Shown here in pieces: positions 37,401-51,200 of a stretch of 64,000 bases of DNA (positions are counted from its first letter, which is position 1; the number at the start of each line of letters is the position of its first letter). Source of the DNA: Dendrobates tinctorius (Eukaryota); contig NW_027361869.1 of the NCBI RefSeq assembly GCF_039654945.1, positions 7,626,001-7,690,000 of the forward strand. Direction: 5' to 3'. The notes beneath the pieces were generated by a model. That model did no database searches, was not told the DNA's origin, and was given only the letters and a program-made list of their open reading frames with translations. The translations under genes and the position numbers were made by a program.

Positions 37401-39528
37401 ATGATCTTGTCTGGATAGGATTTAGTGCAATTCTCTTAGGTCAGTAGCACAGGTCACACAAGTAGCTATTCAGTCTGGATTTGTCTGAGTCTGACCACAG
37501 TGTTTACAAGTCCATCTGTTTTGTCTGGGTCTCTGGTTACACTTTGTCAATCAAACATTCATAATACACCTTCCACACTGCTGCACATTCTCAAGCATCA
37601 TTTATTCACTTGCTATTTTCTTCACTTGTCTGTGCCTTTTTGTACATCCAAACATTCACACTCCGGTATTTTTGCCTTTTTCAATATTTGTCCCACTTGT
37701 TTTACTGCTTCCTTCCTTCTCTGTCTCTTGTAATTTGACACAATTTGCTATACAAATCAATCACACAACTAGAAGCAGGTTCAAACACATTAATGACCAA
37801 GCAATCACTTACAATGACCAAACAATCACTTACAATTCCCTTCTAAATTAGGCACCATATCTTACTTTTAACTTCCAATCTTCAATTAAGTACTGTTGCA
37901 TTAAAATGCACAAATCTTTCAGCGCGTACCTTACGGATAGAATTACAGAGAATTTTGAGCACAGCTCACACTCAGCAGAGATAAGAGCGAAGGGAGAAGA
38001 AACTGCGCAGCGCCATCCTTCACCCATCCCGTCAGAATGCAGCGTCGTCCTTCACAGAATTCTGTAGTTCTTTAGACTTATCAAAATCAATTTCTACAAA
38101 GAAACTCAAAATCACGGGATTTCACTGTAAGGGCAGATAACTGTATAATGAGATTAACCATGCCTTGCCCTTTTTCTGGCCAAATGCATTCAGGAAACTT
38201 TACAATGTAATTTCACATATAACACGAACTATATCATTACTCAATTCATTCAGTCTCAGATGTAGATTTGAAATATCTATAACGCATCTGTCCGGGATTC
38301 CACCACAACTAGAAAGGTCACAAATCTCTTGACACAAAAATGATGTGTGATGATTCATTCATACGTGCTCATTCACTGATTTTTATTTTTTTTTTTTTTT
38401 TTTTTTTACTCAATTACTCATCTCTCATCTTATTCAGAGGTTCTCATAGACATATATACAAGGATTCACACAGCCTGACTTTCTTGCACTTTGGATTTGA
38501 TTAATACTTTTTCCAGGTTCTTTGCTGCACTACTTCCATATCTATCCTCAATTATATCACATAACCGATTTCCTTCTTCAGGTGTCTTTCCCTGACTGTT
38601 CCCCATTTTATCTTTTATTCTTATCCTGTTTCTCTTGTTGTCTTCCTGTTAGTCCCCTGCCTTAGGTGGTGTATTGGGTAAGCTCAAGACTAGGCTCTAC
38701 TATACCTCGTTACCTTCTTCCTAAGGTGCTAACAGGCTAAATGGAGTGTCTGTTCCTCGGTGTACTACGTGTTTCGTGTACTTATATGCTATGTAGCATC
38801 CAAACAGAAATACTCCCACAACACACAGGATTGTAAACAAAGTGTCCATCTACTGGGGTTCTTCAGTCATAGCCTGTCACAGGCTCATTTCACGGTCCTG
38901 TGCTCATTCGGTCACACTCTTATCTGTCACAAGGTTTATTCGTAAAGGGTGTTGATTTAAGCGTAGGCGGTGACCTCCCCGAAAGGACGCTGTCACATGA
39001 CCCAGTTAGGCAATATCACCACTCTTTGAACGAATACCTACTGTGCAGCTTATTTTTCTACTTTCCACAGTCCTTCAAATCAAGGCAGTCACTCAACAAC
39101 CTCCTCTATTTCTAGTGCGGAATCGTCTATTGTGAAAAACTTGTCCGTCCGGGCTGCGCAGTATGAACTGTTCACCCAGCCTTATATTCCGTAATGTCAG
39201 ACCTCTCCCATTTTGATTTGCATCAGCTCTTTTTCTAAAAATAGCTGTGCACAGACAGAACCTACAGTAACCTCTCATTCGAGCAGAAATTACATATGCG
39301 TGTCACACCCGATTTCCTCAGAGTTCTTATATGGACCTGATTTTACGGCCCCCTCCTCTACTAGATTCCCCTTTATACGGACCTTAGTTATAATGATAGA
39401 TTATGAAGAGCAGAGAAGAGAAAAATTGATCTCTTACCTGGCCAGGTGTTTAGGTCTGCTGTTCACAATTTCATCAGTAACTGGAGTGGTCTGTAGATCG
39501 GGTAGTCTTGGAGAGGTGCCTATATCAG

Positions 39529-39547
39529 GTCCCTGTTTCGGGCGCCA
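39529..39547 (-). promoter_or_regulatory. ERV primer-binding site, tRNA-Lys(UUU)-like
   Basis: TGGCGCCCGAAACAGGGAC versus the Lys3 PBS TGGCGCCCGAACAGGGAC (one extra A), 6 nt from the 5' LTR. Confidence 0.88.
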
Positions 39548-40362
39548 GGAAACTGTCGGGATCCCTCAGATATCTCTTTCATCTGAAGGACCGATGTTCT
39601 TGGGTGTAGGACACCATATGTCTCTAATTGATTGCTCCCGTCGAGAAGAATAACACAGACATAAGCTGTATAATACCACTCGGGATGCCTGCTGAGCGCC
39701 TCTGGCTTATCAGTTAGGCTTCCATCTTTTATAGCAAAGAATTTAGACATTTACAGTCATGCGCAATAAAGAAAAGAAAAATAGTTAAACAACTTGTCCT
39801 CCTACCACACAAATCACATAAGAAGGAAATATTCGACCTTGGTTAACAAGGGAGATGTCTGAGACATCTCCTCGAAGAAAAGATAAAGTTCAGCAGAATT
39901 CATTTAACTCATTCAGTTCTTATCACTACGGTGCCCTAGACCCCTCGATCACAGCCGGAGAGCTAATTAGGCTAAAGACAGAAAAGGAAATCTAAACTGC
40001 CCCAGAGCAGACCCCAAAGTAAAAGGCAGCCCCCAACATATAATGACGCTGAAGCAAGATGAAAAAACACTCACACAGATAGAAATATAGGCTGAGCAAA
40101 CGATGGGGCCCAAGCTAACTTAACAGAACAGGAAAGAAAGGTTGCTGTCTGCAATCTGCCAAAACCCTATCAAAGACATAAGCCAACAAGCTGATATGGA
40201 AAAAGACCCTGAAGCAGCTAGGCTTCAAAAACTAAATCAGCACTCAAAGCACAAATGCAAAAAGCCGAGCAGAAAACTTAGCTTTAGAAGAGCAGGAATT
40301 CAGACTGGTCTCCAAGGATCCCACAGAGAATTCACCCGCAGGGCAGAAGGGCGTCGGCGGCC

Positions 40363-43300
40363 TTATATCCAGTCAGTAACTCCACTCAGCCAGTCATCAT
40401 CATTAGGCTCAGGTGCTTGATAATCAGGCTCACTACCTTTCTTTACCAGAAGAGGGAGTTCATCGGGCCTCAGTAGTGAAGGGGAAAATGAACTCACAAC
40501 AGTACCTCCCCCTTGAGGAGGGGTCACCGAACCCTCATCCATGCCACCAGGGCGATCCGGGTGAGACCGATGAAAGGCACGCACCAATCTTTTGGCATGA
40601 ATATCAGAGGCAGAGACCCAGGAATTATCCTCCTGACCATAACCCTTCCACTTAACCAAATACTGGAGTCTCCGTCTAGCCAGACGGGAATCCAGTACTT
40701 TCTCTACCTCATATTCCATGTTACCTTCAACCAATACAGGGTCTGGAGGTGCCACCCCCGGAACAACAGGTTCAACAAACCTCTTCAACAAAGATTTATG
40801 GAACACATTATGGATTTTAAATGTGACAGGAAGAGCCAAACGAAAAGAGAACGGATTAATAATCTCCAAAATCTTGTAAGGTCCAATAAATCTAGGCTTA
40901 AACTTAGGAGGAGCCACCTTCATAGCAATATTTTTTGATGATAACCACACCATATCACCAACCTTAAACTGGGGACCAATGGTCCTATGTCGGTTGGAAA
41001 ACCGCTGGGCCTTTTCCTGGGAGAGAGATAACTTATCCACCACTTGGTCCCAGATCTGGTGCATTCTCTCCACCACAGTGTCAACACCTGGGCAGGCAGA
41101 GGGCTCCACCTGCCCTGAAGAAAATCGAGGATGAAACCCAAAGTTACAAAAAAAGGTGACATCAAAGTGGCAGAACTAGCTCCATTATTTAAAGCAAATT
41201 TGGCCAAGGGCAAAAATGAAACCCAATCATCCTGATCAGCAGAAATAAAACATCTCAAATATGACTCAAAGGTCTGGTTTGTTCTCTCTGTCTGCCCATT
41301 GGTCTGATGGTGAAAAGCAGTGGAGAAGGACAACTGAATTCCCAGCTTGGAACAGAAAGTTCTCCAAAATCTAGACACAAACTGAACTCCTCTGTCAGAT
41401 ACAATGTTCTCAGGAATCCCTTGCAAGCGAACCACCTGTTGCAAAAACAGGGGCACCAACTCAGAGGAAGACGGCAACTTAGGGAGTGGTACAAGATGAA
41501 CCATCTTAGAGAACCTATCACAAATCACCCAAATAACAGTCATCCTTTGAGAGACAGGCATATCAGAGATGAAATCCATTGAAATATGGGTCCATGGCCT
41601 CTTGGGGACAGGCAAAGGCATCAACAACCCACTAGAGCGAGAACACGATTTAGACCGGGAGCACGTCCCACAGGACTGCACAAAATTCCTGACATCACGA
41701 GACAAGGAGGGCCACCAAAAAGATCGACTCACCAGATCTCTAGTAAAAAAAATACCTGGATGACCAGCCAAAGCAGAGCAATGAACTTCAGACATCACTC
41801 TCTTCTTCCACTGGTCAGGAACATACAACTTTCCACTGGGACAACGCTCAGGTTTGTCCTCCTGGAACTCTTCCAGAGCACGTCTCAAATCGGGCAAGAT
41901 GGCAGAAAGAACTACCCCTTCGCCTAAGATGGTAGCAGGCTTGGTCACCACAGGAGAATCAGCAAAGAAGCTCCTAGAGAGGGCGTCTGCCTTGACATTC
42001 TTAGTTTCAGGAAGAAAAGAAACCACAAAATCAAAACGTGTAAAAAACAAGGCCCACCTAGGCTGTCTAGGGCTCAAGCGCTTAGCCGACTCTAGGTAAA
42101 TCAAATTCTTGTGGTCAGTGAGGACCACGACTTGATGCTTAGCTCCCTCCAACCAATGTCTCCACTCCTCAAATGCTCCTTTCATGGCCAACAGTTCCCG
42201 ATTCCCCACATCATAGTTACGTTCAGATGGAGAGAACTTTCGGGAAAAGAAAGCACAGGGATTAATTTTAGATGTTACAGGATCCTTTTGGGACAAAACA
42301 GCTCCTGCACCAATCTCAGAAGCATCCACCTCTACCTGGAACGGAAGTGAGACATCAGGTTGCCGCAAAACCGGGGCGGAGGTGAATCTTCGCTTCAGCT
42401 CCTGAAAGGAAGAAACAGCCTCCGGAGACCAATTTAACACATCAGCACCCTTCTTAGTCAAATCAGTCAATGGCTTGGCAATACTAGAAAATTTTGCTAT
42501 AAATTTCCGATAAAAATTAGCAAAACCCAAAAACTTCTGGAGGGCCTTCAAAGAAGTGGGCTGAACCCAATCGTAAATGGCCTGTACCTTGGCCGGGTCC
42601 ATTTCAATAGTTGACGGGGACAAAATAAATCCCAAAAAAGAAATCCTGTGTACTCCAAAAAGGCATTTAGATCCTTTGACATACAGGGAATTCTCCCCCA
42701 AGATCCGGAACACAGTCCGAATATGTTCCACACGAGAATCCCAGTCCTTGGAGAAGATCAAAATATCATCCAGATAGATAATCAAAAATTTATCGACAAA
42801 ATCTCGGAAAATATCGTTCATGAAGCACTGGAAGACAGAAGGGGCATTAATGAGCCCAAAAGGCATCACCAGGTACTCAAAATGTCCCTCCGGAGTATTA
42901 AACGCCGTCTTCCATTCATCCCCATGCTTAATGCGAATAAGATTATACGCCCCCCTGAGGTCAAGCTTGGTAAACCAGCAAGCACCTTTAACTCTGGAGA
43001 ATAGATCAGAAATCAGGGGTAACGGATACTGATATTTAACAGTAATTTTGTTGAGGGCACGATAATCAATACAAGGTCTTAATGATCCATCCTTTTTGGC
43101 TACAAAAAAGAAACCGGCACCTAAGGGTGACGAGGATGGTCTAATATGACCCTTCTCCAACGCCTCCTTAATATAGGATCGCATAGCCTCGTGCTCGGGT
43201 ACAGATAAATTGAAGAGCCGACCCTTGGGAAATTTACACCCCGGGCTCAGTTCAATTACACAGTCATAACTCCTATGAGGAGGCAGAGACGCAGACTCAT

Positions 43301-43373
43301 TCTCACTAAATACATCATAAAAGTCCGCCAAATAATCAGGAACATCATGCGACTGAGGAGAGGTGGAAAACAC
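40363..43373 (-). pseudogene. pol: Gypsy pol: RT, RNase H, integrase (GPY) and chromodomain; frameshift near 41110-41160
   Basis: LRPCIDYRALN, YLDDILIFS, VDASEIGAGAVL, ISMDFI, VSDRGVQF, GQTERTN, FIGPYKI, YEVEKVLDSR...QYLVKWKGY. Confidence 0.93.
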
Positions 43374-43383
43374 CGGAGCCTCA

Positions 43384-44559
43384 CTAAAGGCACACCGACA
43401 ACCCCCAACTCACCACAGACACAGATTTCCAATCCAAAACTGGATTATGAATTTGTAACCAGGGAAACCCCAGAACAATAGTATCATGCAGATTATGCAA
43501 CACCAAAAATCTGCAATTTTCTTGATGGTCTGGGGCGACCCGCATTACCACCTGGGTCCAAAACTGAGGTTTATTTTTAGCCAAAGGAGTAGCATCAATC
43601 CCCCTCAAAGGGATAGGCGTCTGCAGAGGTGTCATCGGAAATCCACAACATTTAGCAAAATCCAAGTCCATTAGGTTTAGGGCTGCTCCCGAATCCACAA
43701 AAGCCTTGGCGGAAAATGTGGACAGGGAGCAGATCAGAGTAATAGCCAGAAGAAACTTAGGTTGAACACTACCAACAGAAAACGTGTGTGCAAAGCGTTT
43801 CTCTCGTTTAGGGCAGACAGAAATAATATGCGAGGCATCTCCACAGAAAAAAAAACACAACTTATTACGCCTTCTGAACTCCTGACGCTGCTCTCTGGAC
43901 AAAACTCTATCACATTGCATAGGTTCAGACATTTGTTCAACAGGTGGCAACACCTCTCGTGCAGTTTTGCGTTCGCGCAAACGCCGATCAACCTGAATAG
44001 CTAATGACATAGAATCGTCAAGACCAGAGGGAACAGGAAATCCCACCATAGTATCTTTTACGGCTTCTGACAACCCCTTCCGAAAGAGAGCAGCCAAGAC
44101 ATTATCATTCCAGGTAGTAAGTACTGCCCATTTTCGGAATTTTTGACAGTACAATTCTGCAGAATCTCGACCCTGGTTCAATGCCTGCAGGGTCTTTTCA
44201 GCCTGATCAATGGCATTAGGTTTGTCATACAACAACCCCAAGGCTTTGAAAAATGCGTTCACATTAGTCAGAAAAGGATCATCTGGTTTCAAAGAAAACG
44301 CCCAATCCTGGGGATTGCCACGCAGCAAAGAGATGACAATTTTAACCTGCTGCGCGGAGCTCCCTGACGAGTTAGGCTTCAAGGCAAAAAATAATTTACA
44401 ATTATTTTTGAAATTCAAAAATTTAGACCGATCCCCAAAAAATACATCAGGTGTAGGAATCTTTGGTTCAGCAGCATGTGAATGAGCAAGGTAGGCGGAA
44501 ATTCCCCGCACTTCCGCAGCGAGCTGCTCCACACGATCAGACAATTGCTTTATCTCCAT
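43384..44559 (-). CDS. gag: Gypsy gag-protease (PEG10/sushi-like capsid, CCHC knuckle, aspartic protease)
   Basis: EPKIPTPDVFFGDRSKF, EPMQCD, LCFFFCGDASHIISVCP, AFVDSGA. Confidence 0.9.
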   Translation of the reverse strand: MEIKQLSDRVEQLAAEVRGISAYLAHSHAAEPKIPTPDVFFGDRSKFLNFKNNCKLFFALKPNSSGSSAQQVKIVISLLRGNPQDWAFSLKPDDPFLTNVNAFFKALGLLYDKPNAIDQAEKTLQALNQGRDSAELYCQKFRKWAVLTTWNDNVLAALFRKGLSEAVKDTMVGFPVPSGLDDSMSLAIQVDRRLRERKTAREVLPPVEQMSEPMQCDRVLSREQRQEFRRRNKLCFFFCGDASHIISVCPKREKRFAHTFSVGSVQPKFLLAITLICSLSTFSAKAFVDSGAALNLMDLDFAKCCGFPMTPLQTPIPLRGIDATPLAKNKPQFWTQVVMRVAPDHQENCRFLVLHNLHDTIVLGFPWLQIHNPVLDWKSVSVVSWGLSVCL

Positions 44560-45775
44560 TAAGAGAAAAAAAAAAAATCCCCCTACGGCCTCAGAGATAT
44601 AGAGGAAAAAATATACACACTTTTTTTTTTTTTTTTACAATTCTTTCCTGCTATTGAGTACCCTAGGATCTGCGGTATGGCGGGTGATTCTGTTATGATT
44701 GAGTCACCGTAGGAGGCAGACACAAAAATAGAAGCTACGTCCAGAAAACCAGAGAAGTTGTCAACTATCAGACTGCAGACCCCTGAACCTATCAACACAA
44801 CTAGCAGTAGCCGTGGGGGGTTCCTACGGTGCCCTAGACCCCTCAATCACAGCCGGAGAGCTAAATAGCCTAAAGACAGAAAAGGAAATCTAAACTGCCC
44901 CAGAGCAGACCCCAAAGTAAAAGGCAGCCCCCAACATATAATGACGGTGACGCAAGATGAAAAAACACTCACACAGATAGAAAGATAGGCTGAGCAAACG
45001 ATGGGGCTCAAGCTAACTAAACAGAACAGGAAAGAAAGGTTGCTGTCTGCAATCTGCCAAAACCATATCAAAGACATAAGCCAACAAGCTGATATGGAAA
45101 AAGACCCTGAAGCAGCTAGGCTTCAAAAACTATATCAGCACTCAGGTATTTTCAGAAGACAGAGCTAAAGGAATTCAGCTCACCCCAGCAGGGAATGGCA
45201 GAAATCCAGAAAAACAAAGCAAAACAAAGTCAAAGCACAAATGCAAAAAGCCGAGCAGAAAACTTAGCTTTAGAAGAGCAGGAATTCAGACTGGTCTCCA
45301 AGGATCCCACAGAGAAATCACCCGCAGGGCAGAAGGGCATCGGCGGCCTTATATCCAGTCAGTAACTCCACTCAGCCAGTCATCATCATTAGGCTCAGGT
45401 GTTTGATAATCAGGCTCACTACCTTTCTTTACCAGAAGAGGGAGTTCATCGGGCCTCAGTAGTGAAGGGGAAAATGAACTCACAACAGCCAACATCTCCT
45501 CCCTGCAAAGCTGTCTAATCAGTGCCACCACCTCCTCTCTGCAGAGCTTTATGATCAGTGCCACCACCTGGTCCTCGCAGAGCTGTATGATAAGTACCAC
45601 CACCTTGTCGCTGCAGAGGTGTATGATCAGTGCCACCACCTCGTCACTGCAGGGCTGTATGATCTGTGCCACTACCTCCTCTCCTCCCTGCAGAGCTGTA
45701 TGATCAGTGCCACAACCTCATCCCTGCAGAACTGCATGAACAGTTCCACCACCTCGTCAATGCAGAGCTGTATGA

Positions 45776-45934
<159 letters not shown>

Positions 45935-46132
45935 CCAGCATCAATGTGCTCTCCATCCGCATGCCATACCCAGTACCCCAATTTTGGCCTGTATGATCAG
46001 TGTCACCTCCTCCTCCCCGCAGAGCTGTATGATCAGTGCCACCACTTCATCCCTGCAGAGCTCTATAATGAGTGCCACCACCTCGTCCCTGCTGACCTGT
46101 ATGATCGGTGCCACCACCTCGTCCCTGCAGAG

Positions 46133-46385
46133 TTCTTCAGTGTTTTGTTCGCTGGCTCCACTTCATCTCCTCTTCCTCTTGCTTTCTGGGTACCTCAGGG
46201 CTCAGTCCTTGGCCCCCATCTCTTCTTGCTCTATACAGCCCCAATTGGACAGACCATCAGCAAATTTGGCTTTCGGTAGCATCTTTATGCTGATGACACA
46301 CAACTGTATACGTCTTCCCCCGACCTTACCCCTCTGTAATACAGAACGCCAGTGACAGTCTGTCCGCAGTCTCCAATATCATCAG
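46133..46385 (+). mobile_element. L2 RT fragment (copy 1 of 3)
   Basis: VPQGSVLGP...[14 protein letters not shown]...YADDTQLY. Confidence 0.88.
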
Positions 46386-47715
46386 AACTCTATGATCAGT
46401 GCCACCATCTATTCCCTGCAGAGCTGTATGATCAGTGCCACCACCTATTCCCTTCAGAGCTGTGTGATCAGTGCCACCACCTCCTCCCTGCAGAGCTGTA
46501 TGATCAGTACCACCACCTTGTCGCCGCAGAGGTGTATGATCAGTGTCACCACCTTGTCCCCGCAGAGCAGTATGATCAGTGCCACAACCTCATCCCTGCA
46601 GAACCGCATGATCAGTGCCTCCAACTTATCCCTAAAGACATATATAATCAGTGCAACCACATTGTCCCCGCAAAGCTGTATGATCAGTGCCACCACCTCC
46701 TCCCTGCAGAACTGTATGATCAGTGCCACCACCTCATCCATGCAGAGCTGTAAGATCAGTGACACAACCTGGTCCCTGCAGAGCCTTATGATCAGTGCCA
46801 CCGCCTCCTTCCCAAAGAGCTGTATGATCAGTGCCACCACCTCATCCCTGCAGAGCTGTATGATCAGTGCTACTACCTCATCCCTGTAAACAAGTATGTT
46901 CAGTGCCACCACCTCCTCCCTGTAGAGCTGTCTGATCAGTACCACCTCCTTGTCCTCGCTGAGCTGTATGTTCAGTGCCACCACCTTTTCCCTGCAGAAC
47001 CGCATGATCAGTGCCTCCAACTTATCCCTAAAGAGATATATAATCAGTGCAACCACATTGTCCCCGCAAAGCTGTATGATCAGTGCCAACACCTCATCCT
47101 TGCAGAGCTGTATGATCAGTGCCACCAACTCCTCCCTGCAGAGCTGTATGATCATTGCCACCATCTTATCCACACAGAGCTGTATGATCAGTGCCACCAC
47201 CTCCTCCCTGCAGAACTGTATGATCAGTGCCACCACCTCATCCCTGCAGAGCTGTAAGATCAGTGACACAACCTTGTCCCTGCAGATCCTTATGATCAGT
47301 GCAACCACCTCATCCCTGTAGAGCTGTATCTTCAGTGCCACCACCTCTCACTGCAGAGCTGTATAATCAGTGCCACTACCTCATCCCGGCAAACAAGTAT
47401 GTTCAGTGCCACCACCTCCTCCCTGTAGAGCTGTCTGATCAGTGCCACCACCTTGTCCGCGCTGAGCTTTATGTTCAGTGCCACCACCTTTTCCCTGCAG
47501 AGCTGTTTGTTCAGTGCCACCACCTTTCCATGCAGAGCTGTATGATCAGTGTCACCACCCTGTCGCCGCCGAACTGTATAATCAGTGCCACCACATTGTC
47601 ACCGCAAAGCTGTATGATCAGTGCCACCAGTTGGTCAGCACAGAGCTGTATGATCATTACCACCACCTAGTCCCTGCAGAGCTGTATGATCAGTGCCACC
47701 GCCTACTCCTTGCAG

Positions 47716-48246
47716 GCGTATCTATCCACCTGACGAAGGAGATTTATTTCCGAAACGCCCGTGGGGGCATGTTCTTATACAACTCACGTAGCGTCAATCG
47801 GCTTACAGGTATTTTACACCTTGTGTTTTGTTGCACACGCCTTAGTGCGATTTGAATTTTTTGCACAGCTGCACCTCTGCACTTTGGGCACATTCATTAT
47901 ACATATATTTATTTTCTTTTTATGTAATTATCCTTGTGTCACTATATATATGCATTTTTGTACCTGGTTCATTAATTAAGAATTTTTGATATGGATTGGT
48001 TTTCCATTATCCATAAACACATGGCTAATGTGATTGTATACTCTAATATATATCTATATATATATATATATTTTTTTTTTTTTAATGCACTTAATTGTTG
48101 TGTCAATATTTTAATAAAGGCATCTTTATTTAAAAAAATAAAAATTGTGCCATTTATTATTATCATTGTTATTATTTTTATCATTCATGTAGCATCTTTT
48201 TTATCCTGTGGGATTTCTCATTCCCATCCATCTTCGAGTTATTTTT
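47716..48246 (+). mobile_element. AT-rich insert with a minimal hammerhead motif (Penelope-like/retrozyme remnant), copy 1
   Basis: CTGACGA-A-GGAGA-TTTA-TTTCC-GAAAC at 47730-47756; flanked by direct repeat TCCTTGCAG. Confidence 0.65.
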
Positions 48247-51200
48247 TCCTTGCAGAGCTGTATGATCAGTGCCACCACGTCCTCCGCTCAGGGCTACATG
48301 ATCAGTGCCACCACCTTGTCCACGCAAAGCTGTATGAGCAGTGCCACCACCTCATCCCTGCAGAGCTTTATGATTAGTGCCACCATCTTGTCCCCGCAGA
48401 GCTGTATGATCAGGGCCACCACCTCCTCCCTGCAGAGCTGTATGATTAGTACCTCCACCTAATCCTTATAGAGCTTTAAGATCAGAGCCACCACCTTGTC
48501 CACGCTGAGCTATATGTTCAGTGCCACCACCTTGTCCCCGCAAAGCTGTATCATAAGTGCCACTACTTTGTCCGAGCAGAGCTGTATGATCGGTGCCATC
48601 AAATTGTCCCCACAGAGCTGTATGATCAGTGCCACCATCTATTCCCTGTAAAGCTGTATAATCAGTGCCACCACCTCCTCTCTGCAGAGCTGTATGATCA
48701 GTGCCACCACCTCATCCCTGCAGAGCTTTATGATCAATGCCACCACCTGGTCCTTGCAGAGCTGTATGATCAGTACCACCACCTTGTCGCCACAGAGGTG
48801 TATGATCAGTGTCACCAACTTTTCCCTGCAGAGCTGTATGATCAGTGCCACCACTTCATCCCTGCAGGGCTGTATGATCTGTGCTACTGAATCATCCCTG
48901 CAGAACTGCATGATCAGTGCCACGACCTCGTCACTGCAGAGCTGTATGATCAGTGCCACCACCTTGTCCCCACAAAGCTGTATCATAAGTGCCAACACTT
49001 TGTCCGAGCAGAGCTGTATGATCAGTGCCATCAAATTGTCCCCGCAGAGCTGTATGATCAGTGCCACCATATCCTCACTGCAAAGCTGTATAATCAGTGT
49101 CACCATCTCCTCTCTGCAGAGCTGTATGATCTGTGCCACTACCTCATCCCTGCAGAGCTGTATGATCTGTGCCACAACCTCATCCCTGCAGAGCTGTATG
49201 ATCAGTGCCACAACCTCATCCCTTCAGAACCGCATGATCAGTGCCTCCAACTTATACCTAATGAGATGTATAATCAGTGCAACCACATTGTCCCCGCAAA
49301 GCTGTATGATCAGTGCCACCACCTTGTCCCTGCAGGTCTGTAGGATCTGTGCCACTACCTCCTCCCTGCTGAGCTGTATGATCAGTGCCACCACCTCCTC
49401 CCTGCTGAGCTGTATGATTAGTGCCACCACCTCGTCACTGCAGAACTTTATGATCAGTGCCACCACCTCCTCCCTGCAGAGCTGTATGATCAGTACCAGC
49501 ACCTTGTCGCCACAGACGTGTATAATCAGTGTCACCACATTGTCCCCGCAGAGGTGTATGATCAGTGCCACCTCCTCGTCCCTGCAGAGCTGTATGATCT
49601 GAGCCACTATCTCATCCCTGAAGAGCTGTATGATCAGTGCCACAACCTCATCCCTGCAGAACCGCATGATCAGTGCCTCCAACTTGTCCCTAAAGAGATG
49701 TATAATCAGTGCAACCACATTGTCCCCGCAAAGCTGTATGATCAGTGCCAACACCTCGTCCTTGCAGAGTTGCATGATCAGTGCCACCAACTCCTCCCCA
49801 CAGAGCTGCATGATCAGTGCAACCACCTCATCCCTGCACAGCTGTATCTTCAGTGACACCACCTCATACCTGCAGAGCTGTATGATCAGTGCCACTACCT
49901 CATCCCTGCAAACTAGTATGTTCAGTGCCACAACCTCCTCCCTGTAGAGCTGTCTGATCAGTGCCACCACCTTGTCCGTGCTGAGCTGTATGTTCAGTGC
50001 CACCACCTTTTCCCTGCAGACCTGTGTGATCAGTGCCACCACCTTGTAGCCGCAGAATTGTATAATCAGTGCCACCACCTTGTCACCACAAAGTTGTATG
50101 ATCAGTGCCACCAGTTGGTCAGCACAGAGCAGTATGATCAGTACCACCACCTAGTACCCGCAGAGCTGTATGATCAGTGTCACCGCCTAATCCCTGCAGA
50201 GCTATTTGATCAGTGCCACCACGTCATCCCCTCAGAGCTATATGATCAGTGCCACCACCTTGTCCACGCAAAGCTGTATGATCAGTGCCACCACCTCGTC
50301 CCTGCAGAGCTTTATGATCAATGCCACCATCTTGTCCCCGCAGAGCTGTATGATCAATGCCACCACCTCCTCCCTGCAAAGCTGTATGATTAGAACCATC
50401 ACCTCATCCTTGTAGAGCTTTAAGATCAGTGCCACCACCTTGTTCACGCTGAGCTGTAACATAAGTGCCACCACTTTGTCCGAGCAGAGCTGCATGATCA
50501 GTGCCACCATTTCCTCCCTGCAGAGCTGCATGATCCGTATCACCACCATGTCGCCGCAGAGGTGTATGATCAGTGTCACCACCTTGTCCCCGCAGAGCTA
50601 TAAGATCAGTGCCACCACCTCGTCCCTGCAGGGCTGTATGATTAGTGCCACCACCTCATCACTGCAGAACTGTATGATCAGTGCCACCACCTATTCCCTT
50701 CAGAGGTGTATGATCAGTGCCACCAACTCCTCCCTGCAGAACTGTATGATCAGTACCACCACCTTGTCGCCGCAGAGGTGTATGATCAGTGCAACCACAT
50801 TGTCCCCGCAAAACTGTATGATCAGTGCCAACACCTCATCCTTGCAGAGCTTTATGATCAGTGTCACCACCTTTTCCCTGCTGAGCTGTATGGTCAGTTC
50901 CACCACCTCCTCCCTGCAAAGCAGTATGATTAGTGCCACCACGTCGTCACTGCGGAACTTTATGATCAATGCCACCACCTATTCTCTTCAGAGCTGTATG
51001 ATCAGTGTCACCACCTCCTCTCTGCAGAGCTGTATGATCAGTACCACCACCTTGTCGCCGCAGAGGTGTATTATCAGTGCCACCACCTTGTCCCCACAGA
51101 GCTGTATGATCAGTGCCACCTCCTCGTCCCTGCAGAGCTGTGTGATCTGTGCAACTAACTCATCCCTGCAGAGCTGTATGATCAGTGCCACAACCTCATC

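Larger units (their letters stand above)
32622..39925 (-). mobile_element. Endogenous retrovirus, class I (gamma/epsilon-like), internally deleted
   Basis: 372-bp LTRs at 32622-32993 and 39554-39925; 4-bp TSD CTAC; PBS TGGCGCCCGAAACAGGGAC; PPT AAAGGGGGAA; gag, RNase H, integrase and env remnants. Confidence 0.94.
32485..45487 (-). mobile_element. Ty3/Gypsy chromovirus (Tf1/sushi group) LTR retrotransposon with an ERV nested in its 3' LTR
   Basis: 5' LTR 44691-45487 (TG...CA); 3' LTR split into 32485-32621 and 39926-40501; PPT (AAGGGGGAGGTAC on -) at ~40502-40514; flanking direct repeat GCCAAC. Confidence 0.94.
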
